DNA of 63,968 bases, filler included, from Lama guanicoe (GCA_013239625.1; 78 parts of 76 records of this genome joined end to end with filler, not necessarily neighbours in it), one strand, 5' to 3'. Counted from the first letter of the whole stretch, positions 52,700 through 63,968 are shown. Numbers and translations: made by a program. Notes: generated from the sequence alone by a model not told the origin.

Positions 52700-53265
52700 T
52701 ACCCAGCACTATTTACAATAGCCAAGACATGGAAACAGCATAAATGTCTATTGACATTTGACTCGATAAAGAAGAGGTGATATATTTGTACAATGGAATA
52801 GTAGTCACTCTTATAAACTGACAACATAATGCCATTTTCAGCAACATGGATGGTCCAAGAGAAAATCAGTCTAAGTGAAGTTAGCCAGAAACAGAAAGAA
52901 AAATACCATATGAGATGGNNNNNNNNNNNNNNNNNNNNNNNNNNNNNNNNNNNNNNNNNNNNNNNNNNNNNNNNNNNNNNNNNNNNNNNNNNNNNNNNNN
53001 NNNNNNNNNNNNNNNNNNNNNNNNNNNNNNNNNNNNNNNNNNNNNNNNNNNNNNNNNNNNNNNNNNNNNNNNNNNNNNNTAGGTAAACAGTACTATATAG
53101 CACAGGGAAATATATAAAAGATTTTACGGCAGCTCACAGCACAGGTAATGGGACAACAAATGTATATATGTTCGTTGTACATAAAAAATTGTGCTCTAAA
53201 ATGGAATTTGAGACAACTTTGTAAAATGATTAAAAACCAATTTAAAAAGTTAAAAAAAGAAAAAA
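52700..53265 (+). mobile_element. L1 ORF2 C-terminus, 3' UTR and A-rich tail
   Basis: ALFTIAKTWKQ and MPFSATWM..ISLSEVSQKQKEKYHM motifs. Confidence 0.93.
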
Positions 53266-53538
53266 CATGATCCTAAATATTACAGGTGTAAATATAAATT
53301 ATAAAGAAAAAACAAGTATGCAGAAGAGTGGTAAAACCAAAAATTTTGTTTTTGTTTTCTTTTTAAGATAAGCAAATTCAAAAAACCTATAGAAAAGTGC
53401 ATCATGAAGAAAAGAGAGATGCTCCAAAATAATAAAGTNNNNNNNNNNNNNNNNNNNNNNNNNNNNNNNNNNNNNNNNNNNNTTAATTAATTAANNNNNN
53501 NNNNNNNNNNNNNNNNNNNNNNNNNNNNNNNNNNNNNN

Positions 53539-53940
53539 TTTTATTTTTTTCTTTCTTTCAGATTATGTTGGGTAACTTGTTCTTTTTTTTCTATCTTCTT
53601 TTGTTGAAAGATTACATAATTTTCGTGCAACCTTCTTTCTTTGATAATAATATAAGTATTTAAAAGGTAAATTTGCTTTTATCTACTATTTTAGCTGTGT
53701 CCCGCATATACTTATTTGTGAGCTTTCTCACTATATCTTCTTTCTAAATATTTTCTAATAGCCATTGTAATCGCTTTTTTAATTAATGGGTTATTTTAAA
53801 ACTTAGTGTATAAATTCCAAGTACTTTCGTGTTTCTAGAGAGAATTTTTTGCGATTGATTTTCTAAATCAATTTAACTTTTGGTCAAGGTAGAAATTCTG
53901 CATAATGTTACTTTTTTAAAATGTACTAAGATTGTTTTAT
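53539..53940 (-). mobile_element. Old L1M fragment
   Basis: 'ctactattttagctgtgtcccgcata...ttaatgggttattt...gcgattgattttctaa'. Confidence 0.55.
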
Positions 53941-53952
53941 GGACTAACAGAG

Positions 53953-53988
53953 TGTGTGAGTGTGTGTGTGTGTGTGTCTGTGTGTGTG
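53953..53988. repeat. (TG)n microsatellite
   Basis: Directly visible. Confidence 0.9.
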
Positions 53989-54033
53989 AATATTTCATCT
54001 ACGCATCAGGATTTGGCTGGAGTCCCGGCTGCA

Positions 54034-54072
54034 GCTTTGGGTACAGGCTGCAGGTGCCTGGGGAGCACTGTG
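54034..54072 (-). other. V(D)J recombination signal sequence, 23-bp spacer
   Basis: CACAGTG (54072-54066), 23-nt spacer, then ACCCAAAGC (54042-54034), directly after YFCAAS. Confidence 0.95.
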
Positions 54073-54388
54073 CACTTGCTGCACAGAAGTAGGTGGCTGC
54101 GTCTCCGGGCTGGGAGTCCTTGATGTGCAATGAGAAGAGTTTGGCACTTTCATTGGAGGAAACTGTGAATCTTCCATCTTCCTTTTTATTCCCACCTGAA
54201 CTTTTGGCTATCAAGAATTCAGGGCCTTGACCCGGGTATTGCCGGTACCATCGGAAGTAGTGAAATGCATCATTCTCATAAGTACAGTTCAGAACAAACT
54301 GAAATTGCTCCTTCATGGACTACCAGGGATTGAGGGCTCTGTTTCACCTGCTGTTGCTCACTTTTTCCATTCTGTTGTCCACTCACCC
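54073..54388 (-). pseudogene. T-cell receptor alpha/delta V exon, TRAV23/DV6-like, with a 4-bp frameshift
   Basis: [30 protein letters not shown] / [24 protein letters not shown]...[20 protein letters not shown]. Acceptor AG at 54390-54389; leader-intron donor GTGAGT at 54527-54522; 4 extra nt near 54293-54296. Confidence 0.92.
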
Positions 54389-55063
54389 CTGAAAAAAAAG
54401 AAAAGTCATTAGGTCCACAAATTCATATGTTTTTCTTAAAGTTTCTACCTGCATGAATTTGTCCACACACCCATTTTGTCATTCCTGCAAATTTATGACA
54501 TAGCCTAGTTTCTCTTCCATAACTCACNNNNNNNNNNNNNNNNNNNNNNNNNNNNNNNNNNNNNNNNNNNNTTAATTAATTAANNNNNNNNNNNNNNNNN
54601 NNNNNNNNNNNNNNNNNNNNNNNNNNNATTTAGAGTCTGATGACATGGAAATAATTCTAGTCAAATCATTTAAAATGTTTCTCTAGTTTTCTCATTGTAA
54701 AAATAGGGGCAGTAACAATACTCCCCCTGTGTAAATCTTAAAGTTATTATGAGAAATTGTTCTGTAATAATATTCTTGTTAAGTTGGATTTGACTTACAG
54801 TTTGCCTAACAACGTTATTTTCTCCTGGAACATTTGCGTTTTAAAAAGAAGTTACCTGTAGCAGGCATTGCTTAATTGAAAACCGCAAATCACTAGACAC
54901 TTAGTGAAAGACATACATCTTTGTATATATTTCCATATGGCCAGTATTGTAGCAATAATACCACATCATTAGTCTTGTCACACTCCTGCTTAAAAGCTGC
55001 TTAAAAAATAATTATACTTTTCCCTAGAAATAAGCCCTGTTATAACCTTAAGGTGTTCTAAGA

Positions 55064-55254
55064 CAGTGGGCCTCAAGCTGGGAGTTTACTGAGTCACCAA
55101 GAGAGAACATTAAAACTCAAATTGCTGCCCTCGTTCACCCTGCAGGACCTGATTCCATAGCTCTGATTGGGGCCCAGCTATTCTATCTCATTTCCAGCAG
55201 TTCTCAGGAGGCGCTGATACTCCTGGTCTGGGAATTACACTTTGAGAATCACTG
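55064..55254. mobile_element. MER5A-like hAT DNA transposon
   Basis: Termini CAGTGG...CACTG with 'cacactttgagaa'-like end and internal 'ggggcccag'. Confidence 0.75.
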
Positions 55255-55779
55255 ATCTCAGTGATTTGATAAATTAGNNNNNNNNNNNNNNNNNNNNNNN
55301 NNNNNNNNNNNNNNNNNNNNNTTAATTAATTAANNNNNNNNNNNNNNNNNNNNNNNNNNNNNNNNNNNNNNNNNNNNATTTGTTTATATTTCTATTTTTA
55401 TGAAATTATTCACATTGAATTTTTAGCACAAGTGGTGGCAGGGGCAAGGCAGCTACCTGGGGTCTCTTTTATAAGGGCACAAATGACACTCATGAGGGCT
55501 CAACCCTCATGATCTAAACATCCATCCTCTGTGGACAAACCTGCGGCCGGGATGAAGTGTAGGTGGCAGGGGTCTCATGTCCCTACTCTAGCCAGGCCCC
55601 CTCCTCCAGGCAGCCTCTCCCCTCCCTCTGCAAAGGGGCTAGTGATCTGCCGGCAGCAGGGCATGTAGCAGGAAGCTTTCCTGTCCTCAGCCTGCGGTGG
55701 GCTAAGAAATGCCCCCCAACCTCCACATCCATGTCCAGTCCCAGGACCTGAGCGGGACCTTGCACTGACCTGGGTGAGC

Positions 55780-55993
55780 GAAGCCCTGGAGATGAGCTCA
55801 CCCTGGTCACTCAGGTGGCCCTAAACACTGTCACAAGGGTCCTCACTGGAGAGGACAGACATACAGGGAGGAGGCCACGTGGCCCAGGGACCTGGCACCC
55901 AGTTGCTGCAGAAGCAGGAGGGGCCCTCCCCGAGGCCTCGGGCAGGAGCGCAGCCGGGCCACACCCGTGAACTAGTGAGTGTGAGCCTGTGTC
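55780..55993 (+). mobile_element. MaLR (MLT1) LTR fragment
   Basis: 'ggccctaaacactgtcacaagggtcctcac...gaggccacgtg...ggagcgcagccgggccacacc'. Confidence 0.6.
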
Positions 55994-56787
55994 NNNNNNN
56001 NNNNNNNNNNNNNNNNNNNNNNNNNNNNNNNNNNNNNNNNNNNNNNNNNNNNNNNNNNNNNNNNNNNNNNNNNNNNNNNNNNNNNNNNNNNNNNNNNNNN
56101 NNNNNNNNNNNNNNNNNNNNNNNNNNNNNNNNNNNNNNNNNNNNNNNNNNNNNNNNNNNNNNNNNNNNNNNNNNNNNNNNNNNNNNNNNNNNNNNNNNNN
56201 NNNNNNNNNNNNNNNNNNNNNNNNNNNNNNNNNNNNNNNNNNNNNNNNNNNNNNNNNNNNNNNNNNNNNNNNNNNNNNNNNNNNNNNNNNNNNNNNNNNN
56301 NNNNNNNNNNNNNNNNNNNNNNNNNNNNNNNNNNNNNNNNNNNNNNNNNNNNNNNNNNNNNNNNNTTGGGGCCTGGACTCAAGGTCTCCTCCTAAACGCT
56401 TAGGTCACCCTTCCCTGGCCGCCATCTCCCACGTCACCCAGCACAGCAGAGATGGAGCCTCAGGGGAGGCAGGTCCCTGGACCCAGATAGGAGCACAGCC
56501 CTCCCCGCTGGAGGGAACCGTCACTCAGGATAATGGGCCTCCCGTGGGGATGGGCAGGCCACCCCTCACTCAGCCCAGATCTGCCCTTGTGCACNNNNNN
56601 NNNNNNNNNNNNNNNNNNNNNNNNNNNNNNNNNNNNNNTTAATTAATTAANNNNNNNNNNNNNNNNNNNNNNNNNNNNNNNNNNNNNNNNNNNNAAAAGG
56701 CTGTGGGGTTTGGGCGTATGGGAGGAAGGTGGAAGGCGTATCAGATGTTCTATAAAATGAGTTTTTTTTTAAACTTCAGCGATTGGC

Positions 56788-57046
56788 GTTAGTTTGCTGC
56801 AGTGCCGTAACGCAGTACCACAGACTGGGTGCCTCAAACAGCAGACGTGCGTTTCCTCCCAGTTCTGGAGGCTAGAGGTCCAGGGTCAGGGTGCCAGCAG
56901 GGCTGGTTTCTTCTTTCTGAGGCTTCTGTCCTCTTCTTATAAGGACACCAGTCATACTGGACGAGGGCCTCATTTTAATTTAATTACCCCCTTGATGTAG
57001 TCACCACACTTGGAGCTGCTGGGGGCTTAGGATTTCAACATGTGAG
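56788..57046 (-). mobile_element. MaLR (MLT1A-C) LTR
   Basis: 'taccacagactgggtgcctcaaacagcag...cagttctggaggctaga...cttataaggacaccagtcat'. Confidence 0.8.
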
Positions 57047-57315
57047 TGGTTTAATTTTTTTCAATTGGAATCAGCTCAGTAAGGTTCTGTGATGCTAGGA
57101 CTTCGGGTGCAAAGACAGCCTATAAAGCCAGCCCCTTCCGTTTTCATCCTAGTTCATGCCAGTCCATCACCCATGGGGCCGCTTGCCCAGGCCCTGAGTT
57201 CCAGGCTCTCTTGGGNNNNNNNNNNNNNNNNNNNNNNNNNNNNNNNNNNNNNNNNNNNNTTAATTAATTAANNNNNNNNNNNNNNNNNNNNNNNNNNNNN
57301 NNNNNNNNNNNNNNN

Positions 57316-57750
57316 TACTATATATAGAAAACCCTAAAAGCTCCATACAAAAACTACTAGAGCTAATAAAGGACTTCAACAAAGTAGCAGGATACAGGAT
57401 TAACATCCAGAAATCAGTTGCTTTTCTTTACACTAACAATGAAATATCAAAGTAAATAAACAATCCTTTTTAAAATTGCATCCAAAATAATAAAATACTT
57501 AGGAATAAATCTGACTAAGGAAGTGAAAGCCTTATATGCAGAGAACTACAAAAGGTTCACTAAGGAAATTAAAGATGACTTGAAGAAATGGGAAGATAGT
57601 CCATGTTCTTGGATTGGAATATTTAATGTCATCAAACTGGCCATATTACCCAAAGCCATTTCGATTTAATGCAATCTCTATTAAATTACCCAAGATATTT
57701 TTTACAGAAATAGAAAAATAGTCCTAAAATTTATATGGAATCACAAAAGA
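57316..57750 (+). mobile_element. L1 ORF2 (RT C-terminal part) fragment
   Basis: [42 protein letters not shown] and PCSWIG motifs. Confidence 0.96.
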
Positions 57751-58029
57751 NNNNNNNNNNNNNNNNNNNNNNNNNNNNNNNNNNNNNNNNNNNNTTAATT
57801 AATTAANNNNNNNNNNNNNNNNNNNNNNNNNNNNNNNNNNNNNNNNNNNNGCAGTGTGTCAGTAAGACGCTAAGTTTGATTCATACAAGGAGAGGTGCAT
57901 AACACCAGAAAGATCTGTACCACAGAGGCTCACAAGAGGGGCTCTAGAAGCCTCAAGGCGAAGCCAGAAGTAGCTGAGGTTAATCATGAATAGAAACTTA
58001 ATTAGAACCATAAGTTAGGACTAGCTGTC

Positions 58030-58113
58030 TTTTTTTGGGGGGGCGATGGGCAGGGGAGGTTTATGGAGGTACCGGGGGTTGAACCCCTCTACCACAGAGC
58101 TGTGCACACCCAC
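58030..58113 (-). mobile_element. vic-1-like SINE, internally deleted
   Basis: 'atggaggtaccgggggttgaaccc...ctaccacagagctgt'. Confidence 0.55.
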
Positions 58114-58878
58114 TCCCTCAAGACCAGTTGTCTTTGGCATTTAATTGCAATTTTCATATGAATTAATTACGGCTCCAATGCACGGGTGCTGAATGTGCGC
58201 TCATCCTGCAGAGGATGGATCACTAGCCGCCGGACGAGGCAGGCCGTGGACTAGAGAGGGATGCTTGCCTACGTGGCATCTGTGCTGCTGTGTGAGGTCA
58301 ATTACTTCACGAAACAAAAACAAACCACCATAGGGAAAATGAGTTTTTTTAATGGTTTTTTTTTTCTCAGTGGCAGAATCACATAGCTGTTTTGATACGG
58401 ATTTCCAGTAGGTCTAAAATACTGCTTTTTGGAGTTGAAAAAAAAGTTCCATTACAGAAACACAGAGAACAGACACGGGGTAAATGCATCACATCAGTTT
58501 ATCAGATGGTTGTTCTAAACATACTCTTTGCCTTATTTTCCTATAAGAAAAGTTTGAAGGATCAGATGGGAAATTCTACTCTCAGCATACACCTACNNNN
58601 NNNNNNNNNNNNNNNNNNNNNNNNNNNNNNNNNNNNNNNNTTAATTAATTAANNNNNNNNNNNNNNNNNNNNNNNNNNNNNNNNNNNNNNNNNNNNTAAA
58701 TGTTTGGCCAGGCCAAAAACATCAGTGAATTAAGATGCTTTAATATGACTGTCTTACAATCTTCTTTTGAAGGATACCAATAACATTTTCTTTGAAGGCC
58801 AACTGAACAATAATTATTTCTTATATTAACACACATCAGGATTTTCTGCTTAATATGCCTGTTTCTCTCATTCTAGGA

Positions 58879-59069
58879 CAGGAATCAGCAAACTATGGCC
58901 CACGGGTAAAATAAAGGTTTATTGGCACACAGCCACACCCATTCATTTACATATTTCCCGTGGCTGCTTTTCTGCTGGAAGGGCAGAGGTGAGTAGTTCA
59001 CAGAGACCATGTGATTCTCAAAGCCTGAATTATTTACTGTCTGATCCTTTACAGAAAATGTCAACTCTG
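58879..59069. mobile_element. MER58A-like hAT DNA transposon
   Basis: 'caggaatcagcaaactatggccc...aataaaggtttattggcacacagccacacccattcatttac...cctttacagaaa'. Confidence 0.85.
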
Positions 59070-59319
59070 GCCCTAAGGGGCTTCCCAGACTTATCTAAAG
59101 TAATGCATCTGTTTCTCTACTTTGATTAACACTCTGCTTTCTCTTACGCTAATGCATGTGCGCAGTACATGCTACACTTCGTTTTATTTGTGGGTGCGTA
59201 CCAAGGAGTCTGAGCATCCNNNNNNNNNNNNNNNNNNNNNNNNNNNNNNNNNNNNNNNNNNNNTTAATTAATTAANNNNNNNNNNNNNNNNNNNNNNNNN
59301 NNNNNNNNNNNNNNNNNNN

Positions 59320-59720
59320 TTAGGAAGAACTCTTAGGCGAGAATGCAAATCAGGGCGGATACCAGTTCGCACAGGTGTCTTGGCCCTGAGCGCGCAACCC
59401 CGCCCCCTGGCCTAAGGAGCCAACCCGAGTGCACGCAACCCGGCCCCGCCCAGTTTCCCCCTCGGCCACGCCCCTGCCCCGGCCGCCGGCCCGCCCCTTG
59501 ATCAGGCAGGCAGGCAGGCAGGCAGGAGGCAGTTGTTCCCAGCGCTCTTCTGAGCGCCGCTGTCCCTCCTCAGCCTGCCAGCGGCGATCAGCCAGCCAGT
59601 GGCGGCGGCTGCACAGGCAGCGGCGCGGTCCCTTTAGGAGGCGCAGCTTGAGCCGAGCGGCGGCCGCGGACGGGCCAGCCCAGAACGTTGGCGGCGCCGG
59701 TGGCGTCCGCGTCGGTTTCC
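59320..59720 (+). promoter_or_regulatory. MAPK1-like CpG-island promoter/5' UTR of copy B
   Basis: (GGCA)n run, 'ggcggctgcac' and 'gagcggcggccgc' resemble the recalled MAPK1 5' UTR. GC boxes are present, and ATGCAAAT lies at 59343-59350. Confidence 0.7.
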
Positions 59721-59890
59721 ATGGAAGCGGCAGCGGCGGTTGTGGTGGCGGCGGAGGCGGCGGCGAAGGCGACGGTGATGGAAGCGGAGGGGGACACGGT
59801 CTCCAACATGGTCGGCGGGCAGGCGTGCGACGTGGGGCCGCCCTACAGCAACCTCTGGTTCATCGGGGAAGAATCCTGTGTCGTGATGTC
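59721..59890 (+). pseudogene. MAPK1: Unprocessed MAPK1 (ERK2) exon-1 pseudogene copy B; intron-1-like sequence to 59978
   Basis: MEAAAAVVVAAEAAAKATVMEAEGDTVSN-MVGGQACDVGPPYSNLWFIGEESCVVM. Phase-2 end before GTGATT (59891). The Gly-loop GEGAYG is changed to GEESCV. The downstream sequence matches the reverse complement of 8055-8140. Confidence 0.88.
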
Positions 59891-60078
59891 GTGATTGTCT
59901 GCACCCCGTGTGCCGGCCTTGCACCCCCGCGCAGCTTCCCACCCGACCTAGGCGTTAGCAGCCGCGGCCTTGGCCTAGNNNNNNNNNNNNNNNNNNNNNN
60001 NNNNNNNNNNNNNNNNNNNNNNTTAATTAATTAANNNNNNNNNNNNNNNNNNNNNNNNNNNNNNNNNNNNNNNNNNNN

Positions 60079-60491
60079 GAAGGTTCTTGCTTTATTATCT
60101 AGTCTGCCACTCTATGTCTTTTGACTGAAGCATTTAGTCTGTTAACATTTACAGTAATGAATGATAGATGTGTGTTTATTGCCATTTTGAACTTATTTTT
60201 GCAGTTGAATTGGTATATCCTCTTTAATCCTCTTTGTTCCTTTCTTCTTCCTTTTGTGGTTTGGTAACTTTCCTTTGTATTATCATGGATTTTATTTAAT
60301 TTTTGTGACTCCCTTGTAAATTTTTGGCTTGTGGTTACCCTTTTTTAAAATCTATTAACCCATTACTATAACTGTGTTTATTAAACTGATAGTAACGTGA
60401 TCTCAAAACCATCCTACTGTTAAAAAAATTTTAAGAAGAAAGAAAAAAATATTCTATATTTCCCTGCTTCCCTTCCCACTCTCAGTGATTT
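60079..60491 (-). mobile_element. L1 ORF1-end/inter-ORF fragment
   Basis: 'agtctgccactctatgtcttttgactgaagcatttagtctgttaacatttacagtaat'. Confidence 0.8.
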
Positions 60492-60989
60492 NNNNNNNNN
60501 NNNNNNNNNNNNNNNNNNNNNNNNNNNNNNNNNNNTTAATTAATTAANNNNNNNNNNNNNNNNNNNNNNNNNNNNNNNNNNNNNNNNNNNNTTTGTATAC
60601 AGACAATTTCTTACTTTCTCCTCTTGCCTCAGATCCAGTCTCACATTTCCGTGAGATTGGACTTGACCTAAGTGAGGTTAACTCTGCACGATTACTTTGT
60701 AGATCACCTCTCCCTCCAGATGGAAGAGACTTGTTGGAATGATCTCATGTTTGTCTAAGTTGAGATTCACTTCATACCATTATTCACAAAGTGGAGATGT
60801 TTAACAATAAAAATCTCTTTTTTGAGATGTTTATAATCTTGTCTTTCATCATTAGCATATCCTAGGGCAAAATCTCTCAAACTGAAGCTGTGCTTTAAAT
60901 TGTTGCATGTCTCCTCTGCTTCGCATGAGTAGATGCTTTGGTTATTGTTAGAATGTTTTCCAGATGCATGAAGTTCTCACCCTTCCTAC

Positions 60990-61300
60990 GCACGTGGTAG
61001 GATTGTACTTCTGACTTTGCAGTTCGCTGGGGCCACGTAACTAGCTCTGGTCATTGAGTAGTAAATGCCAGAGCACTCAGTTATACACTGAGATCCCACA
61101 GAGCTTCTACTCGCCCACTGCATCACAGGGATGTCAATATTTCAGACAATGGCCTCTCCATCAGCCTGGTTCCAAGTGGGGATGACACTCGGCACAACCT
61201 CTAACCACCCTGAGGAACATGAATAGTAAATTTTAAAAAAGCCCATCTGTATTATTTATACCCACTGAGATTTGAGGGCTGTTTGCTGTTACATAATGAT
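60990..61300 (+). mobile_element. Old MaLR LTR fragment
   Basis: 'ggggccacgtaactagctctgg...cccactgagatttgagggctgtttg'. Confidence 0.5.
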
Positions 61301-62368
61301 AGAGATGATTCTAACTAAAACAAATGTAGGCTTTGTTAATAGCCTATAATTGAGAGAAAAAAATACATATACTTATATTAAAATATTTATATATTTATAT
61401 ATATAAATACATATATGTATATATAAAGAACATATACATATATTTATATACTTATATATATAAATTTTNNNNNNNNNNNNNNNNNNNNNNNNNNNNNNNN
61501 NNNNNNNNNNNNTTAATTAATTAANNNNNNNNNNNNNNNNNNNNNNNNNNNNNNNNNNNNNNNNNNNNGACGAGCCCCTTTGAGCAGATCAGCACAAGGG
61601 TACTAGGAGAGGTAAGCAAGGACTCCAGTTACAGCTGCAGCCACCCAGCAGTACGGGGCGGGGACAGTTTGCTCAAACTCTTACATGTTGCTTGAGCATT
61701 TAGTTGTCGTTATTGAATAAAGACAGGTGTTCTTTAGTCAAAGCTCCTGAAACATAAATCTTCAAAGATTGATGCAAATTNNNNNNNNNNNNNNNNNNNN
61801 NNNNNNNNNNNNNNNNNNNNNNNNNNNNNNNNNNNNNGCACATCAAAAGGGAATGTTCTTAATGTATCTGACTAAATACAACAAAAGGGTTGCTTAAAAG
61901 AAATTAAGAAGAAGCCATCCTGAATAAGCTCTCAGTATCATCTGCAAAAAGCCCCACCCAAGGGTCACATTTCTCACTTCCACATAGGGGTTCCGGTAGC
62001 TTAACTTGGGTCTTGGTTTCTTATAACACGTTGTGGGGAATAGTTGTGGATAGATATATGTAGCAAGTATATAGCTAGGGTATTTGCTGTGAAGGGATTC
62101 TAGAAATAAGAAGATTGATAATATAGTCCCACCCATAAGAAACTCAGCCTTTCCATTTACAACAGCATTAAAAACAAAATGAGAGATTCATTTAACAAAA
62201 ATTTACAAGATACATACAATGAAATATTTGAAGTATCACCAAAATAAATTTTAAAAGATCTACATATANNNNNNNNNNNNNNNNNNNNNNNNNNNNNNNN
62301 NNNNNNNNNNNNTTAATTAATTAANNNNNNNNNNNNNNNNNNNNNNNNNNNNNNNNNNNNNNNNNNNN

Positions 62369-63054
62369 GAAAAGTGTTGCAGGAAAAACACTTACTCAGG
62401 TTTCTCTGTCTGTTTCCTAGTGCAGATTTGAAGTACCTGCCGTTTTCACCATAAAACCGAGTAGGAGCTTGTACATCCCCATATATATGTATGGAGTGGT
62501 GTTTGCAACTGAAAAGAAACTTTGTGTTCCAGTCAGGCTAGTTGAAGGACGGCTTTCATTCACAATTATCTCTAAGAAATGAGCATGTGGAGAGACTTTC
62601 GTTCATCCAGCCAAAAGGAACGGGTTGCAGGAGAAACACTTACTGTGGTTTCTAAGCTTGTTTCCAAGTGCCGGTTTGACGTGCCTGAAGTTTTCAATGT
62701 AAACACGAGTTGGAGCTTGTACATCCCCACATATATGTATGGTGTGGTTTTGGCAACTGGAAATTAACTTTGTGTTCCCTTCAAGCTAGGTGAATCACGG
62801 CTTTCACACACACTTATCTCTCAGACCTCAGCACGATTCGTTCATACAGCACAATGGGCCCGGGATGCAGGAGAAACACTTAGTCTGTAATCTCAGTCTG
62901 TTTTCTAGTGCTGGTTTGAAGTGCCTGTGCTTTTCACTGTGAAACCGAGTTGGAGCTTGTACATCCCCATAAATATATATGGAGTGGAGATGGCAACTGA
63001 AAAGGAACTCTGTGTTCCCTTCCAGCTAGGTGAAGGACGGCTTTCACACACACT
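62369..63054 (+). repeat. ~240-250-bp satellite (family 3), ~2.8 monomers
   Basis: 'ggagcttgtacatcccca' at 62464, 62712 and 62952 (periods 248 and 240). Confidence 0.92.
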
Positions 63055-63154
63055 NNNNNNNNNNNNNNNNNNNNNNNNNNNNNNNNNNNNNNNNNNNNTT
63101 AATTAATTAANNNNNNNNNNNNNNNNNNNNNNNNNNNNNNNNNNNNNNNNNNNN

Positions 63155-63255
63155 GATAAAGAAAATTAGAACCCAAAAAAGTAAAGTTACTTCCCCAAGG
63201 TCATGAAGCTAATAACTGGTAAAGACAAGATTTGAACTCATCTGCCTGTTTCTAA
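63155..63255 (-). mobile_element. MIR SINE
   Basis: 'acttccccaaggtcatgaagctaataactggt...gatttgaactc'. Confidence 0.65.
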
Positions 63256-63968
63256 AAACTAAAGTGGAAATCCCATTCGACTGGGGAGGGTCCAGCAGCA
63301 AAGCCTATCACCATATCTTTGTTCAGATCTAGCCTTAGACATCTGAGACAGCACCCCATTCCTATAGAACTTGGGGGCTAATGACAACTATAAGGATTTT
63401 ATATCCAGTAGTTTGTTAGGTCTCATTTATATAAAGTGTCAGCAGGTCAGCAGAAAAACTCTGGAAAATATGAGTGGGTCCACAGCTATTTGCTGATTAG
63501 TAACTCAGTCTATCAGGGCATAGTGACCTTCCCATGGGAGGCCACATGGACATAAACTAAAGGCAGCTGAGCAATGAAAACTAACAAGACCCTGGAACTC
63601 AAGCAAGAAGGATCCCTGCCATCCCCCACACAGTTGCCTCTTCACCCGCATGGACACGATGACAGGAGACCAAGGTTCTTGTCCAAGTTACACCATCATG
63701 GATTCTCACCCATAAAAAGTTACGACTCAATGCTGTCTTAAGTCGTTTAAAACTCAAATATGATAACACCAATATCTCAGCAGAATATCTATGTCTCCAC
63801 TTCCTCTCTTCTAATAGGAGAATATTTCTATGGACACAAAACAGAAATCCAATTTAAAAAACCATGCTAGAAGCCAGGTGAAATTCTGCTTAAGAGACTT
63901 TGTTCCCACGCTCAGTAAATGAAAACTCAGAAAAAGTTTTCCTTCTCCCTCAGCAAATGGGAAGTAGC

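Noticed and set aside
892..56642. Long ORFs dominated by X residues
   Set aside because: They are read-through of N gaps.
59343..59360. Octamer plus GC box as an snRNA distal sequence element
   Set aside because: No PSE or snRNA body follows; the downstream sequence is MAPK1-like.
59429..60034. 201-aa Gly/Arg-rich ORF
   Set aside because: An alternative frame of a GC-rich island; the ERK2 similarity lies in another frame.
525..63154. Regularly recurring TTAATTAATTAA palindrome separating unique segments (CRISPR-like or cassette-like array)
   Set aside because: It is always flanked by 44 N on each side, so it is an assembly concatenation linker. Neighbouring contigs are not physically linked.

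Overview
This is not a contiguous locus. It is a concatenation of about 78 short unplaced contigs/scaffolds (~0.4-1.8 kb) from a mammalian genome, joined by an artificial 100-bp linker (44 N + TTAATTAATTAA + 44 N, stops in all six frames), so adjacency across linkers has no biological meaning. A tRNA-derived SINE resembling camelid vic-1 points to a camelid, and a 267-bp satellite suggests a South American one (inference). Repeat content: 11 contigs of an AGAATAT-heptamer satellite, a 267-bp GC-rich satellite plus a diverged relative, a ~240-250-bp satellite, a telomeric array with a variant 12-mer, and many L1/LTR/MIR/MER fragments. Gene-derived pieces: an OR4A-like olfactory receptor pseudogene, an EPN1 processed pseudogene, a frameshifted TRAV23-like V gene with an intact 23-RSS, two independently decayed unprocessed copies of MAPK1 (ERK2) exon 1, a probable old CCDC66-like retrocopy, and an unassigned 18/36-bp repeat that behaves like coding sequence (Pro/Ala/Glu-rich). 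There is no CRISPR array or prokaryotic system, and most track ORFs are artefacts of N-runs or satellites. The best leads are the apparently amplified MAPK1 5' duplicon, the unassigned repeat ORF and the satellite relationships. All family assignments are from recalled sequences, not database searches.
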